Below, piece by piece: positions 56,094 to 64,000 of a stretch of DNA of 64,000 nucleotides. Source of the DNA: Candidatus Harrisonbacteria bacterium (GTDB lineage: Bacteria > Patescibacteriota > Minisyncoccia > UBA6257 > 02-FULL-45-10c); contig JACROC010000002.1 of NCBI GenBank assembly GCA_016214655.1, positions 3,801 to 67,800 of the forward strand, written 5' to 3'. The notes below the pieces were generated by a model. It saw only the letters and a program-made list of their open reading frames with translations, did not search any database and was not told the origin of the DNA. The position numbers and the translations under genes were made by a program. The first letter of the stretch is position 1. Each line of letters begins with the position of its first letter.

Positions 56094-56792
56094 TTATATC
56101 AAATTACTCACTAAATATCCAACCCAATACGCGACTACCGCTGCTATCCCGCCGACAAACAACATTTCCAATCCGGACCAAAACCAATTTTTTCTGGTTA
56201 TAAAATGCCTGGCCGAGCCCACTAAAAATAAAGACACGGCCGTAAAAATCACCGAGGCATTGAGGGTCTGGGCTGGAGAAACCGGCAAAACTATAAACGG
56301 CAACAACGGCAGCGTACCCGCAAAGACAAAAGTCAAAAAAGTCATAGTTGCAGCTTTCCATTCTCCACCGACCGACGGCATACTCAGTTCCAATTCATAC
56401 CTCATCATGAAATCCACCCAAAAATTCTTGTTTTTGCTTATCAAATTCACTAACTGGCTGGTGTCAACGTCGGAAAATCCCTTATTTAAAAATACCTCAC
56501 GAACCTCCTCTTTTTCACTGTCCGGCAAATTCTCCACCTCATCAATTTCCCGTTTTTCTTCTTCTTTAAATAAGGAATGCTCAGAGGTAGTTCCCAAATA
56601 ATTACTGGCCGCCATCGAAAAACCGTCAGCTAATAAATTAGATATTCCCAAAATAATAATTACCGCTGGAGATAAATCAGCTCCGGCGGCGCCAGCCACG
56701 ACGGCAAAAGTGGTAATAATGCCGTCATTGGCTCCATAAACCATGTCCTTGATATACACACCCAGACCAGTTGAATGTTTTTCGGTTTGCAT
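56094..56792 (-). CDS. VIT1/CCC1 family transporter
   Basis: VYGANDGIITTF, ADGFSMAASNYL. Confidence 0.92.
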   Translation of the reverse strand: MQTEKHSTGLGVYIKDMVYGANDGIITTFAVVAGAAGADLSPAVIIILGISNLLADGFSMAASNYLGTTSEHSLFKEEEKREIDEVENLPDSEKEEVREVFLNKGFSDVDTSQLVNLISKNKNFWVDFMMRYELELSMPSVGGEWKAATMTFLTFVFAGTLPLLPFIVLPVSPAQTLNASVIFTAVSLFLVGSARHFITRKNWFWSGLEMLFVGGIAAVVAYWVGYLVSNLI

Positions 56793-56799
56793 ATTGCGG

Positions 56800-56870
56800 A
56801 GCGAGTGAAGGGAATCGAACCCTCGTCTCGACCTTGGGAAGGTCGCATACTACCACTGTACTACGCTCGC
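56800..56870 (-). tRNA. tRNA-Gly(CCC)
   Basis: GCGAGCG/CACTCGC acceptor (one mismatch); CGACC-TTCCCAA-GGTCG anticodon arm. Confidence 0.9.
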
Positions 56871-56922
56871 AAAATTTAGCTCTAGATTCTTGTTATGGTA
56901 CGGGACCTGGAAAGATCGCATA

Positions 56923-57501
56923 CTATCGAAATTTTACAGAATTACCATCCCATTGTAAATCCGGAATTAAAATTGTAATACTCGCCTGGTCTCTCTTATT
57001 TTTAAGCCAGTTATCGAATTTTTCATTGGCTAATAACATTCTGCCCTCTAAAATTTCTTTATAAGCCTGAGGTAAAAGAATCCGCTCCCGGAATTCGAGA
57101 AGATTTAAGCCGTATAAGGCCTTGATTCCGGCCTCCAAATTGCTTTTATTTTCCAAAATTTTATCAATATTATTATCAGCTATTGCCTGAAATTCATTTG
57201 GAAATCGTTTATTTAATTCATTATACACAAGCAGATCGGAAATCAATTTATCCAAAACCGCTCTCCGGATTTCCCGGCGGGCTTCGGGTTTTTCCAATTC
57301 TTTCGGATCAGATCCGGATATGGAAGTCAAATTCTGCAAATACTTTTGAGCGGCGAATGAATTTTTATCCACTTCTTTTGCGGTAATAACCCTGAATCCC
57401 ACTACCGCGGCCGGATAATCGCCGTTTCGAACTAAAAAATAACTACTTAAACCCACGGCTATGAAAACTGTAAAAAGTATAAGGGAATTCTTAAAAGACA
57501 T
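56923..57501 (-). CDS. SurA/PrsA N-terminal-like membrane-anchored chaperone
   Basis: TM, PAAVVG..IT, VLDKLI, WLKNKRDQASI. Confidence 0.7.
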   Translation of the reverse strand: MSFKNSLILFTVFIAVGLSSYFLVRNGDYPAAVVGFRVITAKEVDKNSFAAQKYLQNLTSISGSDPKELEKPEARREIRRAVLDKLISDLLVYNELNKRFPNEFQAIADNNIDKILENKSNLEAGIKALYGLNLLEFRERILLPQAYKEILEGRMLLANEKFDNWLKNKRDQASITILIPDLQWDGNSVKFR

Positions 57502-57585
57502 ATATAGCGATACAAAACTACGAATGCATCCGAATCAACGAAGAAATTATTTGTAGATTCGCATAAATTTGTAGTTTCGCATCGG

Positions 57586-57861
57586 TCATTCCGCCTTCGG
57601 CGGCACGACAATAATCAGCTTTTCTCCGGGTTTCTTGTAATTGAACCGCCCGCGCAGCTCTTTTTCTAAATTCACCGGATTGGCAAAATATTCCAAATCG
57701 GCCTGAAACTGCAAACTCTCTCTGTTAAAATTATCAACTCTGGTATCTATTTTGGATAAAGTGTCTTCTAACTCCCGATTTTGAAGGAATAATTGATAAA
57801 GCTGCCACAATAAAGCCAGAACCACCAGCAGAAGAATTATAGTTAAAATTCGCCTAGCCAT
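57586..57861 (-). CDS. Septum formation initiator (FtsB/DivIC-like)
   Basis: TM plus coiled coil plus EKELRGRFNYKKPGE. Confidence 0.8.
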   Translation of the reverse strand: MARRILTIILLLVVLALLWQLYQLFLQNRELEDTLSKIDTRVDNFNRESLQFQADLEYFANPVNLEKELRGRFNYKKPGEKLIIVVPPKAE

Positions 57862-57873
57862 ACTTTAATGCTA

Positions 57874-59760
57874 TCACTTTTTAAGCAACTCCTTAAAGAT
57901 GCTGGCGGGAACGTCTATTTTAGATTTAGAAGCGAGCTCTTTAAGTTTTTCTTTACCGCGCTGCTGTTTTTTCCAGAGTTTCATCTTCCGAGTGCGATCG
58001 CCGCCGGTTTTCCCGAAATTTCCAAGTAATTTTTTCAGAGCCGGGATATTTTCTCTGGCCAAGATTCGTCCACCGGCAACCGCTTGAAGCGCCTGAGCAA
58101 ATTGCTGTTTCGGCAGCAAACTTTTCAGGCGTTCCACGGTTTTTCTGGCTTCTTTTTCCGCATCTTCTTTATGAATAATTCTAGTTAAACCACCAACTTC
58201 TTGCCCGGCGACCAAAACGCTGAGTTTAACCACCTCGGTTTTTTCGTAATCGGAAATTCCATAACTCAAGGAGGCATAACCAGCAGAAATAGATTTTAAC
58301 TGATCATCAAAATCCCTAATTAATTCCGACAAGGGCAATACCCCGGTTATCAAAATAGTTCTGCCACCGAAATTCTGAGTTGATAAATCCTTTAATCTGA
58401 AGACTTCCTGCAGCTGTAATACCGAACCCAAATATCCCGACGGAGTTAAAATTTCTACCTTAGCGATCGGCTCCATCACCTCCAAATAATCGTCCGGGAA
58501 ATCTTTTGGATTATTGATAATCGCCCACTCTCCATTTCTCATCCTTACTTTATAAGATACAGAGGGAAAACTGTGAACCGTACGTATGTCAAACTCTTTT
58601 TCCAAACGTTCAGCGGTAATTTCAAAATGTAGCTTTCCTAAAAATCCGGTTTTAAAACCGCGCCCTAAAAACTCATTAAAATCCGGGTCAAATTTCAACG
58701 CCGAATCGTTAAGCTTCAATTTCCCAAAAGCTCTTTTTAAATCCTCATAATCATCGCTTTCTTCCGGATAAAAAGAAACAAACACGACTGGCTGCGGATC
58801 TTTATATCCTGGCAAAGCCAAATTTTGACCGACGACCAACGACTGACGACTGACGACCGTATCCCCAATTTTCAACAATTCCGGATCTTTTAAGCCGGTG
58901 GCTATATATCCAATTTGCCCGTTTTCCAGCTTCTGATCAACGCTTAGTTCCGGAGCAAAATGGCCAAGCTCTTTAACTTTAAAATTGGCTGCAGTCGCAA
59001 TCAAAGTTACATCTGAATCCTGGCCAACCAATCCATTAAAAACTCGAACCGCCGCGACAATTCCTTTATGTTCGTGATAAAAAGAATCGAATATGAGTGC
59101 GCGGAAAATTTGTTGCCCCCCTTCGCTAGCTTGGCGGCCTTGACCGCCAAAACCCGCTACAGCGGACGAAGGCGGCGGGATTTTCTCAATAACCGCCCCG
59201 AGAAGCTCCCCTACTCCCTGTCCGGTTTTTCCGGAAACTTTAAAAATTTCCGATTCCGGAACATCAAGTAATTCCGCAGTACTTTTAACAACCTCCGGCA
59301 ATAAAACGGGGTTCATATCGATTTTATTAACCGCGCCGATAATTTTAAGTCCGGCGCGCTTGGCAGAATTAAAATTCGCCAAAGTCTGGGCCTGTATTCC
59401 CTGGGTCGCGTCCACTAATAAAATCGCACCGTCCACCGCAGCCAAAGCACGAGAAACTTCATAAGAAAAATCAGTATGACCAGGGGTATCTATCAGATTC
59501 AGAATGTATTCTGAATCTGATAACAATTGACTTTTGACATTTAACATCTGACCCTTTGTTCCGGATGGTCGGTAGATCATCCGGACTGGCGCCATTTTAA
59601 TAGTAATTCCCCTTTCCCGCTCGGATTCCAGCTGATCCAAATACTGCTCTTTCATCCGACGCTTTTCTACCGTACCAGTAAGCTCCAGAAAGCGGTCGGC
59701 TAAAGTGGATTTGCCATGATCTACGTGAGCGATAATACAAAAGTTACGAATATTTTCCAT
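57874..59760 (-). CDS. lepA: Elongation factor 4
   Basis: IRNFCIIAHVDHGKSTLADR, DFSYEVSR, GGDRTRKMKL. Confidence 0.96.
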   Translation of the reverse strand: MENIRNFCIIAHVDHGKSTLADRFLELTGTVEKRRMKEQYLDQLESERERGITIKMAPVRMIYRPSGTKGQMLNVKSQLLSDSEYILNLIDTPGHTDFSYEVSRALAAVDGAILLVDATQGIQAQTLANFNSAKRAGLKIIGAVNKIDMNPVLLPEVVKSTAELLDVPESEIFKVSGKTGQGVGELLGAVIEKIPPPSSAVAGFGGQGRQASEGGQQIFRALIFDSFYHEHKGIVAAVRVFNGLVGQDSDVTLIATAANFKVKELGHFAPELSVDQKLENGQIGYIATGLKDPELLKIGDTVVSRQSLVVGQNLALPGYKDPQPVVFVSFYPEESDDYEDLKRAFGKLKLNDSALKFDPDFNEFLGRGFKTGFLGKLHFEITAERLEKEFDIRTVHSFPSVSYKVRMRNGEWAIINNPKDFPDDYLEVMEPIAKVEILTPSGYLGSVLQLQEVFRLKDLSTQNFGGRTILITGVLPLSELIRDFDDQLKSISAGYASLSYGISDYEKTEVVKLSVLVAGQEVGGLTRIIHKEDAEKEARKTVERLKSLLPKQQFAQALQAVAGGRILARENIPALKKLLGNFGKTGGDRTRKMKLWKKQQRGKEKLKELASKSKIDVPASIFKELLKK

Positions 59761-59805
59761 CCGTAGATTTTAGCTTAAAAAAACAAAAGAAGGAAGGATT
59801 GGGGG

Positions 59806-60885
59806 TCAATTCAGTTTGCTTATAATTTCCAAAATCTTATTTTTAAATCTGGTTTTAGAAAATCTTTTCGCCGATTGCCGTATAACTTCCTCATCAAATG
59901 ATGACAATAAAAATTTCTTAACCGCCATCACCACATCTTCCACTGTCTGATGATGAAAAAATATTCCGGTCATTCCGTCTTGAACGATCTCCTTAGCTCC
60001 GCCCCGCGAATAAGCAATAACCGGGGTTCCGCAAGCCTGAGCTTCCGCCGCCACCAAGCCAAAATCCTCTTCTTGCGGGAAAATCAATGCCTCTGCTCCA
60101 TTGTATAAATTTTTAAGCTCTTCCTCCTTCACAAATGGCAAAAAATTAATCTTGGAAGATTTGGCCAATTGTTTTAAATTCTCCAGCTCCGGACCGCCGC
60201 CAACTACTAAAAGCGGGAGATTTAATCGGATAAACGCCTGGATGATCAGATCAAATCTCTTGTATGCCAGCATCCGGCCGACTGCCAGAAAATATCCGCT
60301 TTTCTTAATGGTTTTATCTCGATAAAAAATCTTCAAATCAACCGGCGGATACAACACCCCGGATTCCCGGCCATAATAATCCTTAATTTTCTTAGCAATG
60401 TATTCGGAGTTGGCAAGAAGAACTTTCGGCCTTTGGCCGGCGCTTTTGTCCCAGGAGCGTAAATACCAAAAAATCGGAGCGGATAAAAATTTGGCAATCG
60501 GTCCCCAGTTAAAATATCTTTGATGTTCCCAGGCGTAACGAAGCGGAGTATGGCAATAATTAATATGAATTGTATGGCCATTATATCGGATTCCCTTGCC
60601 GTAACCGGCGCTAGAAGATAAAACCACATCGTACTGATCGCGAAGATTTATCCTGGATGCAGCCAGCGGCATAAGCGGAATAAAAGCGCGGTGATTATTG
60701 ACCACGGCTTTATTATCCAAAAAACTGGTGCCCTTAACCCGGCCCTCAAACCGGTTCAAGGTTTTTTCGCGATCATAAAAAAGTGTATAAATAGGCGCTT
60801 CTGGAAAAATTTCCGCAAAAGTCTCCAACACCCGCTCGGCTCCGCCATATTGATTTAAATAATCGTGGACTAAAGCAATTCGCAT
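59806..60885 (-). CDS. GT4 family glycosyltransferase
   Basis: GGAERV, EDFGLVAAEAQACGTPVI. Confidence 0.93.
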   Translation of the reverse strand: MRIALVHDYLNQYGGAERVLETFAEIFPEAPIYTLFYDREKTLNRFEGRVKGTSFLDNKAVVNNHRAFIPLMPLAASRINLRDQYDVVLSSSAGYGKGIRYNGHTIHINYCHTPLRYAWEHQRYFNWGPIAKFLSAPIFWYLRSWDKSAGQRPKVLLANSEYIAKKIKDYYGRESGVLYPPVDLKIFYRDKTIKKSGYFLAVGRMLAYKRFDLIIQAFIRLNLPLLVVGGGPELENLKQLAKSSKINFLPFVKEEELKNLYNGAEALIFPQEEDFGLVAAEAQACGTPVIAYSRGGAKEIVQDGMTGIFFHHQTVEDVVMAVKKFLLSSFDEEVIRQSAKRFSKTRFKNKILEIISKLN

Positions 60886-60918
60886 AAATATTGAATCATG
60901 AATTATGAATAATGAATT

Positions 60919-61545
60919 ATGGGTTCTATAATAAATGTAATGTCATATCAAAGTATAAAGCGAATCATAGATATTTTGGGAGCGATTTTGGGGATAACTT
61001 TTTTAATCCCGCTATATCCCCTCATCGCCATCGCCATCAAATTAGATTCCAAGGGCCCGGTTTTAATAAAACTCGATAGGGTTAGCAAGGGCAAGATAAT
61101 TAAAGTTTATAAGTTTCGCTCTATGCGTCCGGGAACTCATCAAATGAAATATAAAGAACTGGCCCGATTAAATGAACGTAAAGACGGCCCATTTTTCAAA
61201 ATTAAAAACGACCCGCGGCTGACGCGGATTGGCAAATTATTAAGAAAATTCCGGCTGGACGAATTTCCCCAATTAATCAATGTACTTAAAGGAGAACTAT
61301 CCTTAGTCGGCCCGCGCCCGCATGAACCGGAAGAAGTTATCCATTACCCGGAACAATATCGCGACCTGACCCTGGCTAAAACCGGAGTTACCGGACTTTC
61401 ACAAGTCGGCGGAGCATCCAGCCTGTCTTTTTTAAAAGAACTGGAACTGGACAACCACTATATTAAAAATCAAACCGTCTGGCTGGATCTTAAAATCCTC
61501 TTAAAAACAATCGCCATCCTCTTCACCGACCCGACTGGGGTATAA
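60919..61545 (+). CDS. Bacterial sugar transferase (polyprenyl-phosphate priming transferase)
   Basis: KRIIDI, KFRSM, LDEFPQL, SLVGPRP. Confidence 0.93.
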   Translation: MGSIINVMSYQSIKRIIDILGAILGITFLIPLYPLIAIAIKLDSKGPVLIKLDRVSKGKIIKVYKFRSMRPGTHQMKYKELARLNERKDGPFFKIKNDPRLTRIGKLLRKFRLDEFPQLINVLKGELSLVGPRPHEPEEVIHYPEQYRDLTLAKTGVTGLSQVGGASSLSFLKELELDNHYIKNQTVWLDLKILLKTIAILFTDPTGV

Positions 61546-61551
61546 TTAATT

Positions 61552-62535
61552 ATGATGACAGAAAAACGAAAATACAGAAAAACTAAAAAACTTTTCTTAG
61601 GTTTTTCTGTTTTTTTGTTTTTAAGTTTTTTTGTTTATAACCCAGCTAATGCTGCCACCTTTGATTCAAATTTACTCCCCGGAATCACCAATACTTTTGA
61701 CTTAGGCCTATCTTCTACTAGATGGCAAGATTTATATTTGTCCAGAAATATACTAATAGGGGGAAGCTTATTAACTGGAAATTTAGCCACCGATCCCGCC
61801 GGTTCAAACGGCATGATTTATTACAGCACCGCCTCCTCTACTTTGCGGGCTTATCAAAGCGGAAAATGGAATGACTTAGGCAGATGGAATTTTTCAGCTT
61901 CAACTAACAGCATTTACAACAATAATGCCGGCAACGTCGGCATCGGCACTTCTAATCCGTCGCAAAAATTAGAAGTAAACGGCACTGTCCAGACAACCGG
62001 ATTCAGATTAACCACCGGCGCTCAAAACGGTTACATACTCACTTCCGATGGCAGCGGCTTTGGCACCTGGCAAGAACCCGAGGGGCAAGATATATATTGG
62101 ATATCATCCGGCGACAACATCTACAGCGTTAATAGCGGAAATATCGGGGTCGGGACCTCATCCCCGCAGCAAAAACTTCATGTTTATAATGGAACGCTCT
62201 TAATTGACACCACGCCATCTATGGGCGCCGATATAGACAGCGCTGATATCGGAAACATTGAATCAAATTCAGTCACCACCGCCAACCTGACGCTTGGCAA
62301 TAATCTGTATGTGCGGAATTCTTTTAATGTCGGCTCTGGCGGAATCAGCTCAGCCGGTGAAATCAGCGCCGCCAGTTATTTAAAAATCGGGAGAATACTC
62401 ACCAGTCCGCCGATAAATTTTGATTGTGATGAAGAAGTTGAAAGGGGGCGGATGGCGGTAGATAAAAGCAATTTCCGGCTCTACATTTGCAACGGCGCCG
62501 GAAGGAAATGGGATTACATACAGCTTAACGATTAA
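61552..62535 (+). CDS. Exported fibre/adhesin-like protein
   Basis: Signal peptide; GNVGIGT.NP..KLEV repeats; C-terminal GRMAVD...LYICNG. Confidence 0.7.
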   Translation: MMTEKRKYRKTKKLFLGFSVFLFLSFFVYNPANAATFDSNLLPGITNTFDLGLSSTRWQDLYLSRNILIGGSLLTGNLATDPAGSNGMIYYSTASSTLRAYQSGKWNDLGRWNFSASTNSIYNNNAGNVGIGTSNPSQKLEVNGTVQTTGFRLTTGAQNGYILTSDGSGFGTWQEPEGQDIYWISSGDNIYSVNSGNIGVGTSSPQQKLHVYNGTLLIDTTPSMGADIDSADIGNIESNSVTTANLTLGNNLYVRNSFNVGSGGISSAGEISAASYLKIGRILTSPPINFDCDEEVERGRMAVDKSNFRLYICNGAGRKWDYIQLND

Positions 62536-62537
62536 CA

Positions 62538-64000
62538 ATGGCTACAAAGAAACAAAGAAACAGAGAAACAAAGAAACAAGCTCCATGCGATGGTTTTACT
62601 CTCGCGGAAATTTTAATTTACACCGCCATCATGGCAATTGTCGGTACTCTTTTCACTGGAATCTTAATAACCGTTACCAAAATCCAAAATCGCCAGTCAA
62701 CGTCTGCAGAAGTGGAACAACAAACCAATCTGGTTCTTCAAAATATTCAAAGGTATGTCCGGGAATCTAGTTTGATCGATATCGCTACCGGAACACCGGC
62801 AACAACTCTGATTTTAAGATTGGAAGATCCGGCCAGAGATCCGGTAAATATTTATCTGGCTAATAACCAAATTTTTGTGCGCGAGGCAGCGAATAGTCCA
62901 TCTGCCCTGACTACGGATAAAATCAAAGTGGACAGACTAATCTTCATAAAAACAGTTACCTATCCCGGACGCGATTCCCTGCAGGTCGATCTAGTTATCA
63001 GTTTCAACAGCCAAAATCCGGAAGAACAATTCACTAAAACTTCCAATACCAATATAAGCCGCTCCGGAACCGCCATCTTTAACACCGACATTAACCCAAC
63101 TGCGGATAATGCCTTTAGTCTCGGTTCGTCTTTAAACAAATGGAAGAATTTATACCTGTCCGGAAATCTTTCCCAAACCAGCGGCACCATAACTTTCGGC
63201 AATTTAACCGATGATCCGTCCGGAGCCAACGGAACTATTTATTACAATAGCGATCTCCAAACCTTCCGTGCTTACCAAAATGATTCTTGGAAAGATCTCG
63301 GACAATGGACTTATTCATCAACCGACGCTTCGATTCATAATTCCAACAATGGGAATATCGGAATTGGCACTGCTTCTCCGAATGACCAATTGGATGTTAA
63401 CGGCATAATTAAATTAACTGGATTTAAAATGCCAACAGGAGCGCAATCAAATTTCGTCCTAACTTCCAATGCCAGCGGCCTCGGATCTTGGCTACCAAGC
63501 GTCGGGGAGGGCAATTGGGAATTATCAGGAAATAACATTTATAACAAAAACAGCGGAGGTGTCGGCATAAACACCAATAACCCGACTGGCAAACTGGAAA
63601 TCAAAAATGGCACGCTTTTAGTTGACGGTCCGGCTAATCCGATTTTAGCGGGAAGCTATAATGCGCCGGGCAATACCCGTGGAATTTATGTTTCCGGGAA
63701 ATATGCTTTCCTCGCTAGCAGCGGGTTACGAATAATTGATGTGTCCAACCCAGCTAATCCAACGCAAGTCAGCAGCGTAGAAACTGATGGGTCCAAAGGA
63801 GTTTTTGTGGCCGGTAAATATGCTTATGTCGGTACGGCCGAAAATGGCCTAGCGATTATAGATATTTCCAACATAAATAATCCAACCATAGTCGGAACAT
63901 ATAATTCTCCTGGCGATGGAAGACAGGTGTACGTCTCCGGCAAATATGCTTATTTAGCTGATGCCGGGTCCGGACTGCAAATTATTGATATTTCCAATCC
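62538..64000 (+). CDS. Type IV pilin-like N-terminus fused to fibre repeats and LVIVD repeats (runs off the window; not in the ORF track)
   Basis: Open from ATG 62538 to the end; G|FTLAEILIY motif; GNIGIGT repeats; VSGKYA..GL.IID(V/I)SN repeats. Confidence 0.85.
   Translation, partial: MATKKQRNRETKKQAPCDGFTLAEILIYTAIMAIVGTLFTGILITVTKIQNRQSTSAEVEQQTNLVLQNIQRYVRESSLIDIATGTPATTLILRLEDPARDPVNIYLANNQIFVREAANSPSALTTDKIKVDRLIFIKTVTYPGRDSLQVDLVISFNSQNPEEQFTKTSNTNISRSGTAIFNTDINPTADNAFSLGSSLNKWKNLYLSGNLSQTSGTITFGNLTDDPSGANGTIYYNSDLQTFRAYQNDSWKDLGQWTYSSTDASIHNSNNGNIGIGTASPNDQLDVNGIIKLTGFKMPTGAQSNFVLTSNASGLGSWLPSVGEGNWELSGNNIYNKNSGGVGINTNNPTGKLEIKNGTLLVDGPANPILAGSYNAPGNTRGIYVSGKYAFLASSGLRIIDVSNPANPTQVSSVETDGSKGVFVAGKYAYVGTAENGLAIIDISNINNPTIVGTYNSPGDGRQVYVSGKYAYLADAGSGLQIIDISN

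Noticed and set aside
56904-56925. Partial echo of tRNA-Gly as an att site
   Set aside because: Only ~22 nt with several mismatches, matching the D/anticodon region rather than the 3' end, and no element lies in between.

Overview
This is a bacterial chromosomal segment using the standard code (TGA acts as stop). Gene content and style (AT-rich leaders with little Shine-Dalgarno signal on housekeeping genes, a PaaX/Cas2-like protein, a pilin-fused adhesin) suggest a Patescibacteria/CPR (Parcubacteria-like) genome; that assignment is an inference. Core genes: histidine kinase, rnpB, RNase HI, RecJ-like, pgk, ndh, mraY, D,D-carboxypeptidase, scpAB, dnaX, typA, DEAD-box helicase, ABC-F, subtilase, an ECF sigma/MacAB-like cluster, msrA, ftsEX, a short prfB, lepA, glycosyltransferases and five tRNAs. 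Two things stand out. (1) A ~16 kb array (27.9-44.2 kb) holds about 25 mostly co-oriented, self-contained mini-cassettes (promoter, boxA-like leader, strong SD, ORF, terminator). It is punctuated by at least 10 direct-repeat copies of a fixed-geometry ~39-bp site resembling a tyrosine-recombinase (Xer/dif-like) site, and no recombinase lies in the window. (2) A ~430-nt, highly base-paired transcription unit with no credible ORF at 1.7-2.1 kb looks like an unrecognised large ncRNA. Also notable: a covarying two-copy structured element, a tRNA-Ile with a long variable arm, an outer-membrane-type beta-barrel, an HD-GYP/CitG-like fusion, in-frame palindromic inserts in conserved proteins and an IS481-like element with a nonsense mutation. 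All calls are from manual reading; no searches or folding programs were run.
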